Below the pieces are notes generated by a model that saw only the letters and a list, made by a program, of their open reading frames with translations, did not search any database and was not told where the DNA came from. Shown piece after piece: positions 51,890 through 63,099 of a DNA stretch of 64,000 bases. The stretch's first letter is position 1. Every line of letters begins with the position of its first letter. Origin of the DNA: Lama glama (Eukaryota); assembly GCA_028534125.1 (NCBI GenBank), contig CM052816.1, positions 39,744,001-39,808,000 on the forward strand, read 5' to 3'. Position numbers and translations under genes: made by a program.

Positions 51890-52510
51890 ACAGTGGTGTG
51901 ATCTCTTACAAAAGACGGATGTTCAAGTTCAAGCTCTCAACTGCACACCCATCCTCCAAACTCCACACCCAACAGTCTACTCTTAGCATTTTGAACTCAG
52001 CAAACAGCAACCACATTTTCCCAGTTGCTCAGGACAAAAAGTTTGGCAGCATCTTTGATTTCTCTCTTTACCTCACTTTCTACACCCAATCCATCATCAG
52101 TCCTATTGGCTCACCTCCTAAACAATTCACCACGGCTACCACTCTGACCCAACACATCTCTCTTGGTCTACAGTAACAGTCTCCCAGTCGCTTTCATGTT
52201 TGTGTGCTTCTTCTCATACAATACGTTTTATACAAAGTAGAGTGAATTTTAAAAAAATACAAATTATACAATCCACTCCACTCTGTAACACCTGTCCCCA
52301 CCTTCACAACCAGAATGAAATCCAAACTTTTACCCTGAATCATAGCGCCCTGAGTGACTAGCCTCTGCCTACTTCTCTGACCTTGTCTCGTGTCTTTTCC
52401 CTTCGCCCACACAGACATGCTGGCCTCCCTTCCCTTCTTGCGGGTAACTTGGTCACTTCTGCCTCTCCATTCTCTTCTGGGGATGTGCTTTCTCCTAAAC
52501 TTTGCTGTAT
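51890..52510 (+). mobile_element. L2 fragment (upstream piece of an interrupted copy)
   Basis: 'cagcaaccacattttcccagttgctcaggacaaaaagtttggcagcatctttgatttctctctttacctcac…cccaatccatcatcagtcctattggctc'. Confidence 0.85.
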
Positions 52511-52705
52511 GTATTCCTTCTAGAGGATTTAAATGCACCAGGAGGAATTTTAGCATGATTATTGCTGTGGTGGTAGCAATAGGTTTTAGTATTTGTGCTA
52601 TTTTTATTGGTTTTCTATACACACTTTTAATATATCATTTTTTCAGAGATGTCTCCCCCCTCAGCCCCCCAGCCAGTCTTTATAGAATGTCTTATACTTT
52701 TTCTT

Positions 52706-53860
52706 AAGCCTGTTTCATTGAGGTATAATTTACATTCAATTATAAGTTTTCAGTGCAGTTAAGTTTTGGCTAATATATACAGGCACATAAATATCACTTT
52801 GGTCAAGATATAGACCATTTCCGTTACTCTCTAAACTTACTTTAAGGATCTTTGATATTAATAACTGCCCTACCTTGAGCCCATGACACTTAATAATCTG
52901 CATTAATGTAAGTGAAATCAAACCACATGCAGTCTTTTGTGGCTGGTTCCTTTCACATATGATTATATTTTTATAGATTCACCCATTTTTTGGAATGAAT
53001 TTGGAGTTAATCTCCTTTTGTTGCTTTTTATCCATTATACAGATGCACCACTAATTGGCTTATTCATTCACCAGGTGATGGACTTTTGAGGTATTTCCTG
53101 TTTCAGGCTATTATGACTAAGTTAGCTATACATATTTGAGTCATTTTCACATAACATTAGTTTTCATTCCCATAAAAGGAATTGCTGAGTTGTACAATAA
53201 AGTAAATGCATAACCTTAAAAGAATCTTTCAAAGTATTGCACAGTTGACTTCATATTCATTTTTGTGCATCATGTGTATGCATGGATTCATTTTTTTCCT
53301 ATATGTATATGGGAACATCATATGTTGAAAATACTGTCCTTTTCCCATTGAGTTACCCTGGCACTATTGCCAAAAACCAGTCACTTATATACCTGTAGGT
53401 TTATTTCTGAATTTCTTATTCTGTCCACAATTGTATGTTTATCCTTAGTCTACTAATGTACCTTAATAGTAAGTCTTAAAATTATATATTGTGAGTCCTC
53501 AATTTAGTCCTTTTCTAAAACTGCTTTGGCTATTCTACATCTTTTATACCTCCATATAAGTTTTTGAACCAGCTTTTAAATTCCTATGAAAATGCTTTTG
53601 GGGGGGTTCTTGATAGGGATTTTATTAAATCTATAAACCAAGTTGGGTGGAATTGATATCTTAGCTAGCAATATTTAGTCTTCTGACTCATGAACTTAGT
53701 TCATATCTTCATTTACTTAGGTCTTAAAGAGAAATGCTTCCATAGCTCTAAGTGTTTAGTTAGGTTGTACACATATTTCATTAAATGTTTTCCTAAGAGT
53801 TTCATACTTTGATGCTATACTATAAGGTATTTTAAAATTTCAATTGGCATGTTTTGATTC
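52706..53860 (-). mobile_element. Old L1 (L1MB/L1ME-type) 3' portion
   Basis: 'tttcattgaggtataatttacattcaat…tcaagatatagaccatttcc…ttattcattcaccaggtgatggac…cttgatagggattttattaaatctata'. Confidence 0.85.
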
Positions 53861-53864
53861 TTTG

Positions 53865-54058
53865 TATAAATCTTATCACAATTTGTTATTTTTCTATTGA
53901 ATTAGTTACCTTTCTTATATTGCTTCTTTCCCCACTAAAAAGTCAGCTTCTTCACTACAAGTGCCTGTGTATTTTTATCACTACTACCTCCTCCATCCCA
54001 CAGAAGTACTGAAACATTGAAACAAACTAAGTAAGTGTTCATCAAAGGATGGATGGAT
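53865..54058 (+). mobile_element. L2 3' terminus (downstream piece)
   Basis: 'tctttcccactaaaaagtcagcttc…tgtgtatttttatcact…aagtaagtgttcatcaaaggatggatggataa' ends in an L2-type (TGAA/TGGA)n tail. Confidence 0.6.
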
Positions 54059-54370
54059 AAATTGATATATATATCTCCAGTGTAATATTATTTGGCCATA
54101 AAATTAATGAAATATTTCCATTTGTGACAACATGGATAGATTCTGAGGGCATTATGCTACGTGAAATAAGTCAGGCAAAAAGAAAGGGAAATTCCATATA
54201 CCATATGATCTCTCCTATATGTAGAATCAAAACAAAAACAAAAACAAAAACGAAAACAAAACCTAACTCACAAAAACAAAAAACAAAACGAACAAAAAAC
54301 AAGCCTGTAGATACTGAGAACAGATTAGTGGTTGCCAGAGATGAAGGGTTGGGGGCGAAAAATGGATAAA
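54050..54370 (+). mobile_element. L1 ORF2 end/3'UTR fragment (L1MA9/artiodactyl type), 3'-truncated
   Basis: ORF 54124-54369 begins TTWIDSEGIMLREISQ (L1 motif 'ATWMDLEGIMLSEISQ'). Also 'agatactgagaacagattagtggttgccagag'. Confidence 0.88.
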
Positions 54371-54474
54371 TTTTATTATTTTTTTTTTTTAGTTTAGACA
54401 AGTTGAATAATTTTTAAAAAGTATTGGTACACATTAATTTCTCACTAATTATTTATTCCTAAATGAATATAGTA

Positions 54475-54672
54475 CATATGTGACATTGGAAACACTGTTT
54501 AATCTAAGTCTATGTTTCCTCACATATAGAAATATTTATATATGTAAGTATAAATATCTAAATGTCTATATAACTAATAAAACAATAGTACTTACCCTCC
54601 CTGAGATTTATAACTATTAAATCATACTGTTTTATAAAAACTTTAACACAGTCTAAATGATGGTAACTATTC
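54475..54672 (+). mobile_element. MIR SINE remnant
   Basis: 'tgtgacattggaaac…tttaatct…gtttcctcacatatagaaat…aatagtacttaccctcc…aaaactttaacacagtct'. Confidence 0.6.
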
Positions 54673-56139
54673 TGCGTTTCCTAATCTTTTTCTGTAAAGA
54701 AAAACACATCCATACTGCAATGGCTGATTGGCTAGTAGATGGAGTGGATTTGTTTTACTTCAGTTCTTTTTCCAAGGACATGCTGTCTGCATATAACATT
54801 GTTATTTATTATATTAGTTCTCAACTGAACTAGGCTTCATAAATTAATTATAGCCTAAAGAATGATAGAATCAAAAATATCCTGAAATCGCTCCTTGAAA
54901 ATTTTAGAATTTACAGCTTATTAGTTCACTCCATCACCAATAACTGAGCATCGTTCAGTTCTTAAATATATACAAAGAAATACCTATTTTTAAGTAATTT
55001 TTTTTCAGTTATAAGTTTGGGACTGACTCTCTGGGACTCTTGATCCTGAGAGCAATGTTCTTACTAATTTTTCATGTTGTAAAGATGCCTCATTTTTCTT
55101 TTAAAAATCATGTGATTTAGTGATTTCAGAAAGATGGGCCTTGGACAGCTCTGCCTGCTCACCTCAGTGATCAGGATAGATCTACTTACCACTCTGCAAC
55201 GACTTTGTGCTCATTAATGGTTCTTCTTTTGGTGTGGGAGGAAGGTGGAGTGTGGGCTTGTGTTAACACAAATATAAAAGCAAGACTATATATGCTTATT
55301 TTCAAGGAGTAAGTCAGCTATTAACAAGACTGAACCTTCATGAGTTACTATAAGTGCTTTGGGTTTAATTATATCAGACAAAAACATAAAACTGTCTTTA
55401 GTTTTCGGAGCAGTGAGCTACAACGGTATCAGTACTCAGCTGAGCTCTGTGCAAATGTCAGGTGACTGGGCATCTCGACTACAAGACACAAGGCCAGATT
55501 TCATTTCCTTGTTCTTCATCATAAAGTGCTACGAACGTTCTGAACACTTTGTTCCTTAGCTTTCATGTCCAGTGTGCTGGGGTGGAGGAGAGAATCTTAG
55601 TTACCGGGTCCGAGTTACTGGTCCACTGTACTTTCTTCTCTGTCGCTGTGGCGTCCTGTGGTGAAAGACACTCTAGTGGTGCACAGCCAGTACCACACGT
55701 CCCGACACACACCAGCACGAGGTAGGGAAAGCCACTGACTCACTGCTTGACATCATTTCCTTTTCTGCTACTTTGCCCTTGATATTTCTTTACCAGAATA
55801 ACAAATGTTCTAGGAGTTCCTCCTTCCTCTTAGCTCTCATCAACATTCCTGACATTTGCCTCAACTCACTGGTACCTCTCTCAAATACCAGATCTTATAT
55901 ATTCTCACCACAGTTTCCTAGTAACACCCTATCCTAGACACCAGACCATCATTATTCACCAATTCCTGTCATCAGCATGATATCATAAATACTCTTTTGA
56001 TGCCTAATGTTATACCATAGCTATCTTAAATGCCATGGTAAAAAGGCCAACTAAGAACTTCTTCCATGAAGAACCATGTACTGAAGTAGAGGACAGATTA
56101 TGTCAATATAAAGGAGAAGGAAAAATGTGAGCTGATATT

Positions 56140-56284
56140 AGAGCAACTTATGAAGACTTTAAAATTCCCCAAACCAAGTCTTCATCCCAGACCAATTAAA
56201 AAGAAGTCTCTGGAGGTGAACAGAGACATCAGAAGATCTCACTACCCAGATGATTCCAACGCGCAGCCAGAATTGAGGACACTG
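56140..56284. mobile_element. MER5A-like MITE
   Basis: 'catcccagaccaattaaaaagaagtctctggaggtg…cccagatgattccaacgcgcagccagaattgaggacactg'. Confidence 0.8.
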
Positions 56285-57355
56285 AGGGCCAGGCATATGT
56301 GGTTGCTCATGAGCCCACTATCTGATGAAGGCTTTGTGTTTGAGCTAAGATATGAGGGATGGATGGGAGCTATCTTAGCCGTGGGACAGAGCATGACTGT
56401 TTCAGGTATAGAAAATACTATGAGAGAGGCATGGTCCATAAACTCACCAGCTTATCTTAAGTGTTGACAATTTTTTTTAAATAAATGAGCTTTGCAAATA
56501 ATTCCCATAGTATTTTCTTGGTATTTTTACAACATGGGTCTCTAGCTATTAGTAGACAGAAAGGTGAGAAAGAGTTATTTAAATGATATGACATAGTACA
56601 CAATAGATACCATGACAGTTTCACTTATTGCACACACTTGAACATACCAAAAATATTCTTATTCAAACTAAGGCTATGAATCAGTTCCACTCTATTATAC
56701 TTTACGTAAATATATAACAAATTTAATTATTAATTAGTTGTTGATATAGGGCCCAAAAGAATATAAATAATCTCCATAGGTTCATATTTTTACTCTGTAT
56801 ATATCAGGGAAACACAAATTGGGTTTTTAATATTTACATTTTCTGTTTATACACATGGGTGTTTGGTTGATACCCCAAAAAGGCTGAATTTTCTTCCCCT
56901 GGGAGGAACAGAGAATGTACTTGCAAAGTGAAAATTGCTCTTTTTGCAAACAGATTTAAATGCACTTATTTTGATGCACCTAGATTTCAACAGAGAAAAA
57001 AATAAGACCTTTCTTTTCTTTTCAGAAAGAAGAGAATAAATAATAATGAGTCATTTGGGGAAAAAAATTCCTCATAATAAATCTCTCCATGTGAACAGAA
57101 CTCTGTAAATGACATAAACTTAAAAGTATATATTATTGTACAGAATGTTAGTAATAATTTTATATTTTCTCTTTTTAATTGATTTTTAAGCATCAAGAAA
57201 CAGTAATTCAGTAATTGACAAAACTTCTAACCACATGTCTTACAAACCAAACTGTATCCTACAACTGCAAGGGTGCACCCCCAAAAAGAAACATTTTTCT
57301 TGTGTTCTGGGAATTGAACTTGAAAAGATGTGGAATGTAAGGAATTTAAATAAAA

Positions 57356-57371
57356 CCACTAGATGGCACCC
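57356..57371 (+). promoter_or_regulatory. Candidate CTCF site
   Basis: CCACTAGATGGCACCC closely matches the CTCF core consensus (CCAC/GYAGRKGGCR). Confidence 0.5.
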
Positions 57372-57769
57372 TGTATCATGAACATATGAGAAATGTCAGA
57401 AATTTTAGGAAAAAGACAATTTTGAAGCTGGTGTAACCATGGTGACCTGCTTGCCTTGTTCTGGTTGCTTTTCCCTGGACCATTTTCCCTCTGTTCTTTC
57501 CAAATACATGAATTTACTCTTTTATGAACATGTACTAACCAATGAAAAAAGAAAAAAAATGCACCAACTACCTTTAGAATCACTATGTGTAATGCCCTAT
57601 GCTAGTAGCTTCTAATGGGGATTAAAAAAGAAACTTAAGCCAAGGTATTTGTCATGACAGAATTTACAACCTAGGTTAAACACATAGTTGCAAATTAAAA
57701 AATAAAAACTAAACTAACAATACCAGAAAGTACTTGACTGTGTATTAGACACGGGCTTTTCTTGGTAAG

Positions 57770-57940
57770 CATGGTTGAATTTAGAGGGCTCATGTAATGA
57801 ATTAGAGATATGGCTCTTTGTATAGGTGTGTCATTTAATTTGCTGGGTTTCTTGAGACTTTTTAAACCAGGTTTCTCAAATGTGTGGATTGGACAATGTA
57901 ATCTCTAAAGTCCTACTCAATTTTAATATGATATGATTTT
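57770..57940 (+). mobile_element. MIR3/MIRc remnant
   Basis: 'gtcatttaatttgctggg…tttctcaaatgtg…gattggacaatgtaatctctaaagtcctactcaattttaatatgatatgat'. Confidence 0.5.
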
Positions 57941-59169
57941 TCTAATGCCATAGGAATGATGTGAAGGATAACACTGCATCCATGTGTCTTGTTCTTCATA
58001 ATAAAGTGCTATTGAGTTTTGAACAGTTTATACTTTCAAATATGTAAATATGTAATATGTATTACATATTTGAAAATGTAACATTCTGAAGAATAGGTAG
58101 TATCTGGAGAGGGGAAAAGAAAGAAGGAAGCCTGTTAAATCTACCCATGTGATCAGGAGCAAACCCATTTATATTAGTGTCTTTACCATTCAAAGCATTT
58201 CAAGTGTTTGCATGAAAAATACACCAAAAACACAGGAAGGATAGTGCCATGTCTCTGATACTGTGAAAAACGTTATGACCTTGAGAGTTATTCTAATAAA
58301 ATAAAAACATTAAAGTTAAAACTGATTCTCTACAGAAGTGCCTCTAAATTTTAGATGTCTCATAAGCCAAAACAGGAGAGAAAAATCCAGAAATCTAATT
58401 ATAGCATGTATTTTGCAATAAATAAATAAATGCAAGCCTAGCTCTGTTTTCCTCAGTGAACTGTATGAAGACCCTTTATCTCAGAATCAGCTTGGTAGTG
58501 TGTTACAACTGGAGATTCTGGGGCTCCACCTGAAACCTTGCGGTACTCTGTAATTTTTCAGTTTTTAATTTCTTCACAGTCTGCAATTCGGGGGCAAAAG
58601 AATGACCGGATGAGTAAATAAAAGGAGCAATAAATAAGACAATAGGAAGAGTTTACATCTTCAAGTAAATAAATAAATAGAACAGGTGATTTCGTGTCAA
58701 ACCGGCAGAGTAACTATTTTAGACCACGTGGAGTCTGCAAGCGCTTTCCACAAAGCATCCAATGACTGTGCAAGGTTGGGCTTGTTTGTTGGTTTCTTTA
58801 ATCTCAAATCTTAAACCCTCAGAGACTGCACGCTAACCACCCTGCCTTAAGGAGTTCACTCTAATTGTCTATGTCTCCCATTTCCCTGCTTATTCTTATC
58901 TCGCTTCCGTGTGTGCCTCCCCCTCCCCACTGATGGAGGGCTCCCGAGGATAGCACTCAGTAATTTCCCTTGCGTTTTGTGTTAAGCCACGCATGGGCCT
59001 CAAACTGGGACTTACAGATTCTGTTTCTCATGTAAACACTAAGTTCCTCTACAAAGTGCCCTGGCAAAATGGCCTCGGACAACACAAAATTCCTGGGAAA
59101 CAAATAGGTATTAATGTATATTAAATATATTAAATGTTACTAAATTTAATTATCTTTGCACACAGGCTT

Positions 59170-59690
59170 TTTAGTAATACGCATTTTAAAAATATAAAGT
59201 ATAATAAACTGACCGTAAATAACACATTCCAAGTCAAAAACTGAATACTTTTATCTTCTCAGATTGCTCCCTGGTGATCTTTCCCAGTCAATACGCCCTC
59301 GGAGGTTAACTATTATTCTGACCTCTGTAATCACAGATAATTTGCACTGATTTTGACTTTCATAAATGAATCATAAGTATATACTCTTTTGAGGACAGCT
59401 TCTTTTGTCGAAGGTAATGTTTTTGAGATCCAACAAAATTGTTTTGTGTATCTGTAGCCCATTTTTTTGTGTAGCCGAGTAATATATCATCTCAGGAATT
59501 TTTTGCATTTTGTGTATACATTCTATGTTAATAAATTTGTACATTTTCTGGTTTAGCACTACATTGAGTAAAGATGTTATGAACGTGACTGTACATGCTT
59601 TTTTCATCTGCATAATTTTTGTATTTTCTCCACGTATTTGGTTTTTAGACATAAGTATTACAGCTTATGACAAAGTCATATATGTTTCTT
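59170..59690 (-). mobile_element. Old L1ME-type 3' end
   Basis: 'gaggttaactattattctgacctctgtaatcacagataatttgcactgattttgactttcataaatgaatcata…aatgtttttgagatcca'. Confidence 0.8.
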
Positions 59691-59699
59691 GAAATCTGT

Positions 59700-60810
59700 C
59701 CTATTCCACACTTTGTTTTTCTCCTCTTTGAACTGAAGAGTTTGGGTATCGTTTATTTACCAGTCTAGGGAATTACTAACCATGCTTGCTGCTCTATTCT
59801 GGTTACTGTTTAATCCACTGAGTCCTTAATGTAATATATTGTATTTTACAGTTCTGAAATGTCCACTTGGTTCTTTTTTTGTGTGACAATTAGGTTCTCC
59901 TTTGAATTCTTCCGTCTTCAATATATCATTCATAGTCACTTTGAGGAGTTTATCTGCTAAGTTCAAACCTGGACGATCTCTGGGTCTGCTCCTTTTGCCT
60001 TGATACTTTTTCTCGGATTTATCAGTTACTTTACTGCTTGTGTCCATGTTCAACAATTTCATATTTTGCCCCATGTAGATAACCAGATGCTGGAGTTCTA
60101 GACAATTATATCATTCCTTAGGAATGTTAACATTTGTTCACATAGTAAAATTACTGGTAGTTCATCCTGATTCTGTCATAGGCTTGGTTTCAGGGTTTTA
60201 AGAGTGGTTCTATATGAGTGTTGTTCTTATTTCTAGAGTGTGGCCCTTATCCTCAGGGTGTTACCCTTTGTTGAGGTCAGGGTTTCCCTGAAGCATCACC
60301 TGGAAGCCAGCTGTGTTCACAAAGCTTTCTCTACTGTAGTTGAGTTGGAACTTCAATATCGCCTCAACACTCTGAGAAATGTCTGTGTTTTTAGCCACTC
60401 AGCACTGTTCTCTGCTAGCAGCACTGTTCTCTGCTAGGCCTTTCGGAGACATGCTTTCCGCATCTGAAGTATAGAAGGTGGCCCAGCACCCAGGCTTTTA
60501 TCCAGGTTTTGGTGTTCCTTCTCTGTACCTGTCCCCTTCTCATCATCCTGACCTAAAATCCCAGTAACTTTGGCAACCCATGCAGAAATCTGTTTCCTCC
60601 TGTTCTTTGCTGATTAAACGCTATTTTCCTGACTCTTGACTTGGAAAACCCCCTTAAAGAGACAGCAAAGGAGAATGAATGCTTCCCTGCATTGTGTGCT
60701 GTCCAATACTTGCAAAGAATGGCTAACTATATTTTGTCCAAATTTTGTAATTTTTTTAATAGGAGAGTAAATTTAATATATGATAGTCTATCACAACTTG
60801 AACTAGAAGT
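59700..60810 (-). mobile_element. Old L1 5'UTR plus ORF1 N-terminal region (L1ME-type 5' end)
   Basis: Minus ORF 59826-60074 has LNLADKLLKVTMNDILK, similar to the L1 ORF1 motif 'LELSDKDFKITMINMLK'. A frameshifted 'KKNQVDISEL'-type segment follows. The 5'UTR has 'gtgtggccctta…'. Confidence 0.7.
60400..60437. repeat. Perfect 19-bp tandem duplication (cagcactgttctctgctag x2)
   Basis: 60400-60418 is identical to 60419-60437. Confidence 0.95.
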
Positions 60811-62489
60811 CCTCTAAGGGATTCTAATTTATACATTTCAAGGGAGAATCCCTTATGTCTGTTTTTTTCATTATCTGTTCATTAATTTTTGAACAAATAT
60901 AAATGTAGCACCCATTATTTGCAAGTATTAAGCATTAATATAGATGTACAAAAGCAAATACAGATCATGCCTTCATGCAGTTTGGAAAAGAAAATATTCA
61001 TTAAATAATAAAACACATAGAAAAATAATTAATCCACATCTTCTAAATGGAAGAGGACTAGAAACAGAAGTTGCTATGAAAATGCATGATACACAGGCTC
61101 CCAAGATCAGCATGCTATAAAATCAATTTGGTATTGTTGCTTCTTAAATTTACTATTGAACGGCATTCATCTACAATATTTTTTGCAGCAGTCACTTAAA
61201 TAAAAGTGGGAGCAACATGTTTCTTGCAACTAAGAATACTTTTTAAAATAGTGTTTGGGGCACATTTTTATCTCTGCAATGTAAAATACCAACATATGAG
61301 CAGAAAGAGAAATACTCACCTAAAATATTATGTTTTTTGCACAGACTATGAGCTCAGCTTATCTATTTGAAGGAAGCTAGTAAATACATTTAGGTGAAAT
61401 GCTGTCTATGGGGACCAAATGGGACATATGAATTTCCAATTGAACATCAGCTTCTCTTGGGGGAAAAACAGCTTTGTGTAAACAGTCTTTTGGCAGATGT
61501 TTTAAAAATGTCTGTTGTTCACTGAAAAGTGAATTTTATTATATAAAAACGATAAACATTTCCCAGAACTGAGCTCAAAGCCATTTTTCCCACAACCTCG
61601 TCTGTCATTATTGACAAAAATAGAAATTTCATACAAGGTTCACAGGAAAGTCAAGAGAAAATTTATTTAATTTAATTACTCAAATTGAATGTTTTAAAGA
61701 GGATGTGAACCTTGATCCATTTAGGCATTACCAAGTGAAGCCCCTATTTCTTCAATCATTCCTCTCTCGTTAATGAACAGGCCTTTACTGAGTTTTATTT
61801 TTTTTTTTCAGACTAGCACTGAGCTTGGGACATAGGGGTACAGTACAACCGAAGTTATGGGTTCCATTCTCAAGCAGAATTTCGAAAACCCTGAGAAATA
61901 TTCAGGAAATTAATCAATTCAAAACCTTTCAGGAAATATTTATAAGGCTAGTAGATGACATTTACTTATAATTGCATGGAAGTTCAGCCTGCCAGGTGTA
62001 ACTGAGGTTCCGATGAGTGATGTTTTTGACCCTGGAAACAAGAGTCCTAAATTCACCCTTAACCATCTTTAATAGACTTGGAAACATTTTTTGTCATTCT
62101 TAAAATGGACATTACGAGTCGGAGATTGAATGTTATTATGTATGGCAGTGTAAACTTAGAAACATAAATAAAAGAGGAAATGTTTCCAAAAAAACCATAA
62201 GCAAATGATTTATATACAATTTGTAAAATGTTTAGTCTCTCCTAGACCTCCTGAATTAATTTTTTTCGGTTTGATGAAATAATGTGCACTCTGATAAAGC
62301 TATATTTATATTCCTCCCACAGATTAATAAAAATCCCTTAGTCACAGGTGACTGAACACACTATAAAACAGCAAGTACAACTACATATAAAATTTAGGAA
62401 ATTGAATAACACAAATACCCAGCTCAGACTTTCAAAATGATTCCTTTCCTGATTTTTGACACAAAGTGTCTGTGGACAGAATGAAAGAG

Positions 62490-62760
62490 AAAGCCGGAGG
62501 GGAGAGGATGGGGGGAGGAGGTCCGGCTGCCCGGAACGGGACGCTCGAGTGCTTCATGGAGGAGGAAAGATTAAAACCCAGCTTCCTCGTGGGTGACAAG
62601 AGGTGAAGACTGCCGCCTCACCCGCTGCTCCGTGTTGTCTGGGGGCTGATAACAGACAGAATAAAGCCAACGTGCAGCCTGTGCTCCAAGTCGCTCACAG
62701 AGCCGAGTATGACTAAACGGCACAGGGAGCTCACAACAGAGCTGCACCATTTGGAGCTGG
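62490..62760. promoter_or_regulatory. GC/CpG-rich non-repeat patch, candidate promoter/enhancer
   Basis: About 14 CpGs in ~230 bp against a strongly CpG-depleted background, with G-rich boxes (ggaggggagagg, gggggaggagg). No repeat recognised. Confidence 0.4.
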
Positions 62761-63099
62761 TTTTCTGTTGTTACTTTTCTTTCAATCTCAGCTATCAGCT
62801 AAGCAAATCTTAGCCCATGTGAATCAACCCACTGAACATTCAGGAGTCAGGGTGGACAAGTTGACTTTCAGCAATATTTTGGCTATTCTCACCAAAGAGA
62901 GGAAAATATCCCAAACCGTCTTCTAGAGGTCTCACGCTCATGAGCAGAATCACCAGCAGTCACAATTTCCAATATTAAGATTTGCCCCTCTGCAAATACA
63001 GCAAAACCTTCCATTTATACGCCCGTATGTAACCCTATCCTGAACACGACCTTCAAATGCTTATTGTATGGTTCTTTAAAATTATCAAATATACTTCCA

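Noticed and set aside
55520..55531. miR-17/20/106 family miRNA (taaagtgct)
   Set aside because: Only the seed-length string matches. The rest of the mature sequence and a precursor hairpin are absent, also at ~58001.
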